64,000 nucleotides of DNA, taken from IMG/VR virus record IMGVR_UViG_3300035034_002688. One strand, written 5' to 3'. Both the position numbers and the translations under genes were made by a program. Position 1 is the first letter of the stretch. Each line of letters begins with the position of its first letter. Below the pieces are notes generated by a model, which did not search any database, was not told the DNA's origin, and saw nothing but the letters and a program-made list of their open reading frames with translations. Shown here in pieces: positions 37,671-46,948 of the stretch. This stretch comes from an uncultured virus (IMG/VR IMGVR_UViG_3300035034_002688) (taxonomy: Duplodnaviria; Heunggongvirae; Uroviricota; Caudoviricetes).

Positions 37671-40600
37671 TCAGTCCGGATCGAGCAGGAATTCCAGCTC
37701 GTCAAGCAGGGTCGTGGTCTCCTGGAGATCGTCCTGATCCCGTGCGATGCGTGTCTGCTCCACCACATCCAGACCCGTAGCACGTTCGATCTTCTGCGTC
37801 AGGCTGACGCCTCCGATGGCGGAGAGGTCCTCGTCCTTCTCCAGACGTACGGCGACCACCTCCGGATCTTGAGCGGCGACTTGCCCCAGAGCGGTGGAGA
37901 GATCACGTCTCGCGCGGTCCAGCTTCAGGCGGGTATCTTCGGTCGCAGTGCGCGCCTCCGTGCCGAGCACCGATCCTAGCGTCTCTCCTGCGTCCAGGCG
38001 GCGGCGAATGTCCTCACGCCCAAAGATGCCTGTGTTTGCTCGACCCACCGGCTCCAGGTTCACCGTGTCGAGACCTCCAATGACGGGATTGGGAGGGGAG
38101 GTCGCGGGCGGGGTACGGTTCTCACCGCGTAGCTCGCGCTCTCGAATCGCACCCTGTTGGACGTCTCGCTCGTAGAGGTTGAGGAGGAAGCGGTTGAGCG
38201 CGTCGATGATCCCCGGATCACGGGGAGGGGTCAGGCCTTCCGGTAGCGTATTGACTCCGTTCTGGGCGTTGTCGTCGAGAGCTTCCGCGAAGCGGTTCAC
38301 TGAATCCTGCTCGTCTTCAATGACGTCCGGGAGCCCAACCGTGTTGACGCGGTTGGAGGCTTCAAGATCATTCGCCTCGTCACCTTGAAGAATGGCGGCC
38401 TCCGTGACCATGGGCTGCTCGGGCGTGACCACCATGCCGTCAGGTATCGGGAGCAAGGACTCAGCCCAGATCCCGCGCGCGGTCTCCTCATCTCCGATGT
38501 ACCCGTCAAGGTTCCAGGGCTTCTTGTTGGGCTTGTACTGTCGGGGGTACTCGGCTTGCCACTGGGCGATCTCGGCTGCGCTGGGGTTGGTCGCCAGGAA
38601 GCGGTTGTAGAGCGTCAGGCTTCCAGGACCTGCCTTCCAGAGGATGGCGATCTTGGTGGGATCGTTGCCGTGTCGGCCTTTGTACTTTTCGGCGTAGCGT
38701 AGGAAGTGCTCCAGGCTCTGGTCTGGCGCGTTCATGAAGTCGACGTTGGAGGTGTTGGTGCCGTCCCTCTTGTTGAACTCCTTCGCGTTGGTCTTGCCGA
38801 TCTGAACCAACCCGACAAACTGCGAGGGCTTCCCGTTCTTCTGCGTCCGTCTCGCATCGGCCTTACCCGAAGACTCGGTGTGGATGATCGCGAGCACCAA
38901 CTCATCGGGATAGGTCGCTTCGGAGTAGCCCAGCTTTTCGCGCGCCGCGCGGATGTTGGGGCGCCAACGGGCCACGTTCGAGTTGTACTTGAAGACGCGA
39001 CCTCGCGACGACTTTCTCACCGTCTTGTTGTTGACCGTGTACGAGTCCGAAGAGAGTGGGCTGGGCGCAGCGGTCGCCGGCACGGAGGAGGAAGCCCCCT
39101 GTGCGTTGGAGAACTGGAGCTGGGCGGAGAGCACGCGCGCGGCGAGCGTGGGGTCGGCCGAGATGTTGGGAGGTGCAAGCTCTGCGAGTCGTCGCCCGTA
39201 GTTGTTGGGGTCCAGCTTGAGCGCCTTGCCTCCCAGGTCTGCCTCATAGGCCGTGGCGAGGTTGTCGGAGATCTCATTTTCGGCGTTGGGCGTCGTCCTC
39301 CCTGGCTGCCCCAGGTCGTCGGGTGCGAGGTTGAGGAGCAGCTCCACGGCCGTGTTCAAGGGCGTCTGGTCAAAGCGGTAGCCTTGAGGGGTCGCCAGGA
39401 CACGGCGCCCGTACTCATAGGCTCCGATCACCTCATAGCCTCGCTCATCCGAGACCGGGAACACCACCGCGTTGACCGTGGCGGTCTCGGTGGTTCCTTC
39501 TGAGGTGGCCGTGATCTGTAGCTTGGGGTCGGACTCGATGTGAGTCACCGGACCTCGTGAGCGGTTGTTGGCCTCATCGGAGACGTAAGGGGTCTCCCGG
39601 TTCGGGTCAATGAGGTAGACGTAGCGGTTGTCTGTCGTGTTGCCAAACTGTGATCGCAGGTCGACCAAGTTACGCAGGCGGCGGTCCGAGTCAGTGGAGT
39701 CGTCCTCAAACGTGGGCACCACGTCACCGAACCTCTTGAAGTCCTTTTCGGGGAGGTAGGTCATCACCACGTTGCGGTCACCCAGGGGCCGCCCGTTGGG
39801 GTCTGTGGGTCGGGCCCCGATGTTTCTCGGGATGTCACCGGGGAGCGCCAGATCACCGGGCTTGGGCTCGGCCGCCTCGTCACGCCACCGCTCAAAGGCC
39901 CCGTAGAACTTCTGTCTGCGCGCGGAGAGGGTCAGGGACGTGGTACAGCGTGATCCATACCCGAAGCTGTGTGAGATGCCCTCCACGTAGTAGTACGCGT
40001 CCTTGCCCTCCACATAGACCGGGTACCCCAGGCGAAGCTCGGGTCGAAACGGGATCGTGACCGTGCCGCTGTTGATGCGCGCGTTCTGCTGATCCAGGAT
40101 GTCGACGAGGTGGTAGAAGAGCGCCTTGGGCCCTCCGTTCTCCTTGGACCCAATGAACTCGGAGCTGAACGCTCCTGGACGCCATCCGTACTTCTGGACG
40201 AGCCTGTAGTCGACGTACGTAGCCTTGGTCTGTGCCAGGGAGGAGAGCCCGACCTCGACGTTCTGTGTGTAGCGTCCCGTGGCCTCCACGAAGGTCGCTT
40301 CCGGAGGGTTCTCCGAAAAGTTCCAGGAGATCACGTCAACGTCTCGAATCCAACTCACGGGGAAATTCAGCCGGGTGTCCATGTTGAAGAACGGAGGCTT
40401 GAAGATGATCTCCCCCGTGACGTCCATGTAGAACTCGTAGTTGATCGCCTCCTTGGTCTGCAAGGCGAGGTTGAGCTTGTTCTCGAACTCACTGTTCTCG
40501 ATCTCTACCGCACCGAGCTGACTCAGCTTCTGGCTGAAGGGGGCGATGGCGCTCACGTCGAAGAAGTCCTGCTTGAAGGGCTCGTAGTCCTTGAGCTTGG

Positions 40601-41399
40601 TAGCCTTGGCGGACCCCTTGCGCTGGCGAAGGAAGAAGTCTCGGTTCTCGCCCGAGAGCACGCTCGCGAGCTGGCCACCCTGGAGGACGTTCCCGGAGGG
40701 GCCATACATCTTGATGTTCTGCGTGATCCGACCCCACTTGGCGCTCCAGTAGGCCATCATCCTCTTGGTGTCCGCTCCCGAGATCGGCTCGGTACGGGCT
40801 TCGCGGTTTGGGACCGACTGATTACGCACGTTCATCGAGTCCCCATACACGTAGCGTGAGAGGCTGTAGATGATGTCGAAGGCGTTCATGCCCGTGAACG
40901 TGTGTCCTCGCAGGTTGACCTGTTGGGTCTGGTCCTTCAAGGTCGCCAGATACGACGGGTTGATGTTGATCTGCGAGACCTGCCACCAGTACAGGATGTC
41001 CGAACAGCTCAAGCTGACCGTCTGCTCGCCGGCCGAGTAGCTCTCCTGCAAGCTCGTGACGACGCCCCAGAAGATCGGGTAGTACCGTGGCGATCCGCCC
41101 ACCGAGAAGTGACCCTTGGCGTAGATCTGGACCTCCATCATCGTGGTCAACGTGAGCTGACCCCCCACATAGATGTCACCCAGGTAATGTGCCGGGATGT
41201 GCAGGTCAATGGAGGCGCTGCCGGGCACCGAGTTGACCCCCAGGTTGACCGAGATCGTGTTGATCAACGGCTGCAAAGGCACGCGTCGGTTCGGGTTGGC
41301 TCCGCTTGGGAGGCTCAGCTCTCCGTTGATGTAGACCAGACAGTCTGGCGCCGTGGTGACGACGGGGCGGCGGTTTGGCTTGTAGGTCCCTTGGTACAC
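37671..41399 (-). CDS. Baseplate hub-like protein with SLT lytic transglycosylase domain (1242 aa)
   Basis: N-half gp27/GPD-like (PIFWGVV, YEFYMD..GEIIFKPPF, VTIPFRPELRLGYPV...YYYVEGISHSF); SLT motifs LAIIHTESSG, GLVQI, WKAGPG. Confidence 0.8.
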   Translation of the reverse strand: MYQGTYKPNRRPVVTTAPDCLVYINGELSLPSGANPNRRVPLQPLINTISVNLGVNSVPGSASIDLHIPAHYLGDIYVGGQLTLTTMMEVQIYAKGHFSVGGSPRYYPIFWGVVTSLQESYSAGEQTVSLSCSDILYWWQVSQININPSYLATLKDQTQQVNLRGHTFTGMNAFDIIYSLSRYVYGDSMNVRNQSVPNREARTEPISGADTKRMMAYWSAKWGRITQNIKMYGPSGNVLQGGQLASVLSGENRDFFLRQRKGSAKATKLKDYEPFKQDFFDVSAIAPFSQKLSQLGAVEIENSEFENKLNLALQTKEAINYEFYMDVTGEIIFKPPFFNMDTRLNFPVSWIRDVDVISWNFSENPPEATFVEATGRYTQNVEVGLSSLAQTKATYVDYRLVQKYGWRPGAFSSEFIGSKENGGPKALFYHLVDILDQQNARINSGTVTIPFRPELRLGYPVYVEGKDAYYYVEGISHSFGYGSRCTTSLTLSARRQKFYGAFERWRDEAAEPKPGDLALPGDIPRNIGARPTDPNGRPLGDRNVVMTYLPEKDFKRFGDVVPTFEDDSTDSDRRLRNLVDLRSQFGNTTDNRYVYLIDPNRETPYVSDEANNRSRGPVTHIESDPKLQITATSEGTTETATVNAVVFPVSDERGYEVIGAYEYGRRVLATPQGYRFDQTPLNTAVELLLNLAPDDLGQPGRTTPNAENEISDNLATAYEADLGGKALKLDPNNYGRRLAELAPPNISADPTLAARVLSAQLQFSNAQGASSSVPATAAPSPLSSDSYTVNNKTVRKSSRGRVFKYNSNVARWRPNIRAAREKLGYSEATYPDELVLAIIHTESSGKADARRTQKNGKPSQFVGLVQIGKTNAKEFNKRDGTNTSNVDFMNAPDQSLEHFLRYAEKYKGRHGNDPTKIAILWKAGPGSLTLYNRFLATNPSAAEIAQWQAEYPRQYKPNKKPWNLDGYIGDEETARGIWAESLLPIPDGMVVTPEQPMVTEAAILQGDEANDLEASNRVNTVGLPDVIEDEQDSVNRFAEALDDNAQNGVNTLPEGLTPPRDPGIIDALNRFLLNLYERDVQQGAIRERELRGENRTPPATSPPNPVIGGLDTVNLEPVGRANTGIFGREDIRRRLDAGETLGSVLGTEARTATEDTRLKLDRARRDLSTALGQVAAQDPEVVAVRLEKDEDLSAIGGVSLTQKIERATGLDVVEQTRIARDQDDLQETTTLLDELEFLLDPD

Positions 41400-41457
41400 G
41401 CAGCACTCCTTGACGTGGGGTCCTTCACCCTGCGCACAAAAAGGTTAGGCATGGCGC

Positions 41458-41487
41458 TTGACACTCACGTTGCAGTTGCAGTATACC
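41458..41487 (+). promoter_or_regulatory. Sigma70-like promoter upstream of the duplicated CRISPR leader
   Basis: TTGACA-N18-TATACC. Confidence 0.55.
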
Positions 41488-41508
41488 TTGAGACGTCAAG
41501 TGGGCGCG

Positions 41509-41647
41509 GTACCACAGAGTAAGAGTTGGTAAAGTAAAACGGCGAACCTCATGCTAACAGGATTCCCCTTATGAATCAAGGAGTTAGGTACACTTCCGAA
41601 GGCTTGAACATTTGAAGAGTGTTCCCCGCGCGAGCGGGGAAGTTCCT
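41509..41647 (+). CRISPR. Duplicated array-2 leader plus a solitary type I-E repeat
   Basis: 41583-41630 is identical over 48 nt to the reverse complement of the array-2 leader/repeat junction; 41526-41542 is identical to revcomp 62482-62498; single repeat GTGTTCCCCGCGCGAGCGGGGAAGTTCCT at 41619-41647; IHF consensus match AATCAAGGAGTTA at 41574-41586. Confidence 0.9.
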
Positions 41648-41687
41648 ACCTTCTACTACGACCACACCTTCTGTGGGGGATGAGACC

Positions 41688-41885
41688 ATGAAGATCAAGA
41701 CACGGATTCAGCGAGACGACAAGCCCACGGTCATCATCCGAATCGTCCGCACGGAAGATGGGACGGTCACGTGGCAGAGCAAGATAGCACGCACGGGTCG
41801 AATCATCGGCACCGGTACGTGCGATACGGTCGAAGATGCGCTCCTGGAATCGTCCAAGGGGATGTTCGAGGTCCCTGATTCATGA
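41688..41885 (+). CDS. Small hypothetical protein (65 aa) after the solitary repeat
   Basis: GGGGGA RBS, ATG 41688; ATGA-coupled to next gene. Confidence 0.6.
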   Translation: MKIKTRIQRDDKPTVIIRIVRTEDGTVTWQSKIARTGRIIGTGTCDTVEDALLESSKGMFEVPDS

Positions 41886-42760
41886 GCTACTACAAGACCA
41901 AAGGTCGCTGCACGCTCCAGGTACAGAAGCACGGCGGCGTGTGGATGGCCGAGGTCGACGTCTCTCAGGAGCATGGTCCGATGGCCGAGCTGTGCTGTGC
42001 TCCGGCGACGTCCTACACTCAGGCCGTCAAGATGGCCCACGCGGTGGAGAAGCAAGTAGAGGAGGGCTCACTCTTGCGCCTCCCCGAACAGGCGATTGAA
42101 GAGCACTACACCTCTTATCCCAAGCTGTACTATACGCGGTGGTGCGCCCTCTCTTGGATTCTGGGCTATTACGGTATGGATTGGCTCGACGGACAGAAGG
42201 TCTCAACCTGCGACCTTCACCCGGACGGGACGCAAGCGCTGGACCTCTACTCCGAAATCTCTGACGAGCTGGAGGGTCTTGAGCGGCGGGCCTTCGCGCC
42301 GTTGAAACACGATGAGCCTCTTGAAGACTATCTCTCCAGGTACTACAAGGAGGAACAGTTTCAAGCCTATAAGGCCGAGTCCAAGGCGTTCTTTGAGCGG
42401 CCTTACCCCCTCGATGATACCGGCTACGCGGTTCATGACGCACATCTGCGAGACCTCGAAGTCCCTGACAACATCCACCCCAAGTGGTTGGAAGCCGTCC
42501 GTGAGCTGCTCATCATCTGCGGCACGAGGTGCACGGAGACCTCGGCTCGGCTGTGGGCCGACGAACAGGGCAAGACACTCGAAGCTCGTTTCCCTACACG
42601 CTTCGAGCCCTTGAACCTGGACATGACCTCTCACCCCACTCGGCCCGTGTTTTCGAGCTTCAGCTTGACGCAGAGGAGCGCGGAGAAGACGGCGAAGCTC
42701 TTGACCGCCAAAGAGCGTGAGCGTCTCCTTTGTGCCTATCCCAAGAGGTTCTCAGTATGA
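41882..42760 (+). CDS. Hypothetical protein (292 aa)
   Basis: Long ORF coupled on both sides. Confidence 0.7.
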   Translation: MSYYKTKGRCTLQVQKHGGVWMAEVDVSQEHGPMAELCCAPATSYTQAVKMAHAVEKQVEEGSLLRLPEQAIEEHYTSYPKLYYTRWCALSWILGYYGMDWLDGQKVSTCDLHPDGTQALDLYSEISDELEGLERRAFAPLKHDEPLEDYLSRYYKEEQFQAYKAESKAFFERPYPLDDTGYAVHDAHLRDLEVPDNIHPKWLEAVRELLIICGTRCTETSARLWADEQGKTLEARFPTRFEPLNLDMTSHPTRPVFSSFSLTQRSAEKTAKLLTAKERERLLCAYPKRFSV

Positions 42761-43017
42761 ACGAGTTGACCTACCTTAGAAGCGTTCTTGGAATCCTGGG
42801 AGCCTTTATGGCGGCCATGTTCTTCACGAGCTTCCTGATGTTGGCCTTGCCGGCTGAAGAGGACCTGACGGGGTGGCACTTTGTGTTCTACTTCTTCTCC
42901 TGGACCTGCATCTTCATTGCGCGTGGTGCACGGGGAGTGGTCCTGTCACATCTGGTCGAGCTGGAAGCGGCCATGAAAGACCAGGGCGTCGATGCACCGG
43001 AAGACCTCGTGATGTGA
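42757..43017 (+). CDS. Small membrane protein with two TM segments
   Basis: ATGA overlap; two hydrophobic stretches. Confidence 0.6.
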   Translation: MNELTYLRSVLGILGAFMAAMFFTSFLMLALPAEEDLTGWHFVFYFFSWTCIFIARGARGVVLSHLVELEAAMKDQGVDAPEDLVM

Positions 43018-43038
43018 GATTGTCTTTGTTCGCCGTGG

Positions 43039-45222
43039 TTGAAGAGACCTCAACCGTGGAGTCGTGCTGTGACCAGACGCTATGGAACCCCCCTCCCTCT
43101 CGGCCAGAAGCCCCTCAAGACCAAGATGGTGGGAGGCAAGGGCGCGTTGCGCTTCTCGTTGCGCATCGGTGAGATCACGCGGGTAGACTACGAGAGCATG
43201 GTCTGTGACATCTCCTGGATACAGGGTCGGTATCCGCCCTCTCTTGATGTCCCCTTGACCTCGGCCTACTGGTCGGCGCGTAGCTTCCTTGGAGTGATGC
43301 CAGAAGAGGGCGCGCTCGCTGTATGCGGCTTCAGCGCCGTGCACGAGAGTCAGGGCACCCGTCCCTATGTCCTGGCGTACATCCCCAATGGATACCGAAC
43401 CGCCCTCGGGTTCCAACCGTTCGGGGTCGCCCCTCGTAATGCTCCCGAACTCAACGCCCCTCTTGACGACATCCAACGTCAGCTCCAGGGTCAGTATGGC
43501 CCTACTCGCTACAAGATGCGCAAGCTCTACGGTGGTGACGCCTACATGGCCTCCACGCATGGCGCCGAGCTTCTGGTGAACCGGGACGTCCGGCTCCTGG
43601 ATGCTTCAGGTGGAGAGCTGTGGCTGCGAGGGGAAGACAGCTCACTGACCACGACCTCCCTGGACCATTACTCGACCACGGCAGCCGGCCGGTCCAGGAC
43701 GGGTCGCATCTCTCGCGGAGCCCTGACTCTTCCTGCCGACGTCGAGAGTCGCCTCACGCCAGGGACCGAGCTGTTCGAGTACCTCCTGTCAGCCGGACTC
43801 GTCTTTGAGGACGGCGCGCTGGCCCCCGACATCAACCGCCTCCCTTATCTGGTGCTGGAGTCCGGGGAGCGTCTGACTCTGATCACGGACAACGGGGTCG
43901 ACCCTTCCCTCCCATCCTCGCGCGCCTTCACGGAGTCTCGTCACGAGATTCAGGAGTTCGATGCGGGCATCCTGGGACATCCCGATCACTACGGGTTTGA
44001 CTCGGACCTCCTCGCCCCTTCGCCCAACTACGCCCCCTTCATTGAGCGGGTCCACGGCACCGTCGTGGGCAACGACCCCTACACCCTGCGAGGAAGGGCC
44101 CAATATGGCAGCCTCCTGCGTCCCTCGGTGTTCTCCAGCCCCTCAGCCACGACAGGCTCTCCAGGCCTGGAGGCGGTCGCCAACGACGCCGAGGAGACTC
44201 AGAAGTCCATGGTCGCTGCCAGCCTCTACCGTATGCGACGCCCTGATGGTCTCGGAGAGCTGTTCTTTGCTCATGACAAGGAAGGCCATGTCTACCTCTC
44301 TATCCCCGGCTCGACCTCAAAGCCGGCCAGCCTTGGGGGCAACCGCAGCGTCGAAGCCGACATCAAGGGGTCCATCAAGGCCGTGCTCGGAGCCAACACG
44401 AACGATACGCAGTCCCTCGACCTCTTCGCGCGTGGTGGGTTCCTGTGGTCCCTGGGGACCCTCGCGTCGTCGCGACGCTCTCTTGATCTGACAGCTCGGG
44501 GAGGCATCAACATCAAGGTCGAGCGGCCCGACGTCAACGGGTACGCGATGCAATCTACCCTCAACGGAGACGTAGGGCTCTCCGCGCGCGGTTCGATGGG
44601 CGTGGCCCTGACGGGAGATCTTCTCGAAGACATCCAGGGGTTGCGCGAGACCAACGCGGAAGCGGTGAGCGTGAACGTTGGCGTGGGAGGCAAGACGGAG
44701 ACGATTCAAGGTGATCGCCAGTCGGTCGTCACAGGCAACGAGCAGCTCAAGATTGGACAGGGGCGTGACGTCACGATCACGGGACCCTCTCCTCAGAGTC
44801 CCTACGCAGACCGTCTGGAGATCCTCGCCGGGAGCCGGCTTGAGACCTTCGCAGGACCGGCCACCGACACGATCCAGTACCAGTCCGCCGCCACGAGGTC
44901 TATCGAAGCCACGGGGGCCCTCAACGCCACATGGTCCTCGGCCGGCGTGGGCACATACAGCTTCTCCTCCGCGTCAGGCTCGTTCGCCGTCAACGTCGGC
45001 ACAGGTGCGATCTCGTTGAACGCGGGCGGCGCGGTCTCGATCAACTCGGGAGCTGCGATCACGATGGCGGCCTCCAACATCAACCTCACCGGCTCGGTTG
45101 GCCTGGGTACAGGTGCGGCGGCGGTCAACGCGGTCGTGGGCGGCGTCCCCGGTCCAAGCCCCTCCATCGACCCCTTGACGGGTATCCCCGCCACAGGTAA
45201 CCCTCTCGTGCGTACGGCTTGA
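43039..45222 (+). CDS. Baseplate central spike, gp5/gpV-like (start uncertain)
   Basis: OB-fold-like LRIGEITRVDYE...DVPL...FLGVMPEEGALAVCGF; C-terminal beta-strand repeats (ETIQGDRQSVVTGNEQLKIG, ISLNAGGAVSINSGAAITM). Confidence 0.75.
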   Translation: MKRPQPWSRAVTRRYGTPLPLGQKPLKTKMVGGKGALRFSLRIGEITRVDYESMVCDISWIQGRYPPSLDVPLTSAYWSARSFLGVMPEEGALAVCGFSAVHESQGTRPYVLAYIPNGYRTALGFQPFGVAPRNAPELNAPLDDIQRQLQGQYGPTRYKMRKLYGGDAYMASTHGAELLVNRDVRLLDASGGELWLRGEDSSLTTTSLDHYSTTAAGRSRTGRISRGALTLPADVESRLTPGTELFEYLLSAGLVFEDGALAPDINRLPYLVLESGERLTLITDNGVDPSLPSSRAFTESRHEIQEFDAGILGHPDHYGFDSDLLAPSPNYAPFIERVHGTVVGNDPYTLRGRAQYGSLLRPSVFSSPSATTGSPGLEAVANDAEETQKSMVAASLYRMRRPDGLGELFFAHDKEGHVYLSIPGSTSKPASLGGNRSVEADIKGSIKAVLGANTNDTQSLDLFARGGFLWSLGTLASSRRSLDLTARGGINIKVERPDVNGYAMQSTLNGDVGLSARGSMGVALTGDLLEDIQGLRETNAEAVSVNVGVGGKTETIQGDRQSVVTGNEQLKIGQGRDVTITGPSPQSPYADRLEILAGSRLETFAGPATDTIQYQSAATRSIEATGALNATWSSAGVGTYSFSSASGSFAVNVGTGAISLNAGGAVSINSGAAITMAASNINLTGSVGLGTGAAAVNAVVGGVPGPSPSIDPLTGIPATGNPLVRTA

Positions 45223-45255
45223 CTCTAATCCACCTCTTGGGATACACTCTCGGCT

Positions 45256-45534
45256 ATGAACACATCCGAAGTCGAAAAGTTCTGCGAGGACACCAAGGCC
45301 TCTGGCTTCTATGTCCACCGACCACACCCGACGATGATCATCGCCGCGCGGAAACAGAAGCTCTTATTTGGGGTGCCCATCCTCTATGGCGCTCGCTTCG
45401 CCGTGGTGGTCAACCCGGAAGGCGGATGGCTCATGGAGCATGTCCTCGGTCACCCGAGTGGTGACTTCATGTCTCGGGAGATGGATACCCTGGAGGAAGT
45501 TCTCGCGGTCGCGCGTCAGCTCCAGTCCGACTGA
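45256..45534 (+). CDS. Hypothetical protein (92 aa)
   Basis: ORF fills the gap after the spike gene. Confidence 0.55.
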   Translation: MNTSEVEKFCEDTKASGFYVHRPHPTMIIAARKQKLLFGVPILYGARFAVVVNPEGGWLMEHVLGHPSGDFMSREMDTLEEVLAVARQLQSD

Positions 45535-45544
45535 ACAATATTCT

Positions 45545-45573
45545 TTTACGGTACGGTCTTCTTGTGGTATAGA
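45545..45573 (+). promoter_or_regulatory. Sigma70-like promoter (shared family)
   Basis: TTTACG-N17-TATAGA with TGTGG before the -10. Confidence 0.7.
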
Positions 45574-45602
45574 GGTCGTACACACCAATATGGAGGTACT
45601 CG

Positions 45603-46031
45603 ATGAGTAATGAGAAGAAAGACAACGTGGTGAAGGTGCAGTTCGGAAAGATCGCGTCGCGAGACGACGGCTTCTTCAAGGACCTCATGTCCTTGGAGGC
45701 ACCCGAGCAGGATTACGACAAGCCGAGCAAGCAGCGGGTCTGCGAGGATTTCCTCGCGAGCGGCATCGTGCATGTGGCGCTGATCATGAGCGCGCCGGGG
45801 GTCGTGGTCCCGGAGCACCTGGGAAATACGGGCATCGGCGTCCTGACCTTCTCGTACGCTTACGGGCTGGTCGACTTCGAGGTGGACGGCGAGGGCTTGA
45901 GAGCCTCGCTGTTGTTCTCGGGTCGCAAGGTCTTCTGTGACATCCCCTGGAGCGCCGTGGTGAACCTGAGCAGCAAGGATCAAAGGCTCTCCGTGAACTT
46001 CGTCGAGGAGTTTCCGAATGTCCTCAACTGA
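45603..46031 (+). CDS. sspB: SspB-like ClpXP adaptor
   Basis: PGVVVPEHL...VLTFSY...DFEVDGEGLRASLLFSGRKVFCDIPWSAV matches the SspB core; GGAGG RBS. Confidence 0.8.
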   Translation: MSNEKKDNVVKVQFGKIASRDDGFFKDLMSLEAPEQDYDKPSKQRVCEDFLASGIVHVALIMSAPGVVVPEHLGNTGIGVLTFSYAYGLVDFEVDGEGLRASLLFSGRKVFCDIPWSAVVNLSSKDQRLSVNFVEEFPNVLN

Positions 46032-46425
46032 AGCTGAACAGCTCGAAGCCATCTCCTCGGAGATGGCTTCTCTCATCGTTGCGGCGTGCTCCAAGCTCCA
46101 CACGGAAGCGCACACGCCTCATGGCGTCACCCTGCGGACTCAAGGGGAGCTGACAAGGGCTACCCTTCGCAAGGATGCCTGCAACGCTCCCCACCCCACA
46201 CCCGCTCAGAAGCTGCTGCGGGCGGCGGAGCTGCTCTACTACCAGACTTGCCAGGAGATCCAGGAGGCCGAGAAACTCGTAGGAGAGACGCCAGAAGCGG
46301 TCGAGATGCTGGACGTTCGCTGGGCGCGTCTCTACCAGCTCATGCGAGAGGCGGACAAGGCTCGTGCGGTGGGGGCCGACGCGGTGGCGTTGGAAAACCG
46401 AGTCAACGACCTTGGCACATCTTGA
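46018..46425 (+). CDS. Hypothetical helical protein (135 aa)
   Basis: GAGGAG RBS; overlaps sspB end. Confidence 0.55.
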   Translation: MSSTEAEQLEAISSEMASLIVAACSKLHTEAHTPHGVTLRTQGELTRATLRKDACNAPHPTPAQKLLRAAELLYYQTCQEIQEAEKLVGETPEAVEMLDVRWARLYQLMREADKARAVGADAVALENRVNDLGTS

Positions 46426-46948
46426 GCGTGTAGGAGGGCCTCTCGTCCTCCCCTGTCGCGCCCTCCTCCGCATAGTTCAGGTACCGGGTCAGGGGCCTGA
46501 AGTTCACAATCTCCGGCCTGTCGGGGTACGCGTTGAGGATGCAGTCGTCGAGGTGGCCGTTGTAGCGGTCGATTTGTGCAAGGTAGAAATGCCTCGCCTC
46601 GTCCTTGAAGTGCGGGAGGACCTCCTCGTAGCGCTCTAGCTGATCACTGTAGCTCGCCTTGGATTTGAGACCGGAGATGCCGTACATGAGGAGGTCTCGT
46701 ATCTTGTGTGTATGGATTCGGCGTCGCGGAGAGCGTCTCCCTTGAATCACCGCCTTGTACGCAAAGAAGAGGGCGTTGAGGCAGGCGTATTCATTATGCG
46801 CCTCCCGAGCTTCCAGGAGGCGTGCAGTGGCCTCCACATTGTGATCCAGGTCCTTGAGGGTCTTGACCCATGTGTATGTGGAGTGGATCTCTTCGATGTG
46901 GTGGGAGAAGAGGTAAGAGGGCGTGAACTTGAAGGCGTGTGTTGTCAT
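46403..46948 (-). CDS. Hypothetical protein
   Basis: ATG 46948 in ATGA overlap with the upstream gene. Confidence 0.6.
   Translation of the reverse strand: MTTHAFKFTPSYLFSHHIEEIHSTYTWVKTLKDLDHNVEATARLLEAREAHNEYACLNALFFAYKAVIQGRRSPRRRIHTHKIRDLLMYGISGLKSKASYSDQLERYEEVLPHFKDEARHFYLAQIDRYNGHLDDCILNAYPDRPEIVNFRPLTRYLNYAEEGATGEDERPSYTLKMCQGR

Noticed and set aside
41660..41687. Possible degenerate second repeat (hairpin plus GGGGATGAGACC) after the solitary repeat
   Set aside because: Stem sequence is unrelated, the spacer would be about 12 nt, and the G run is explained as the RBS of 41688.
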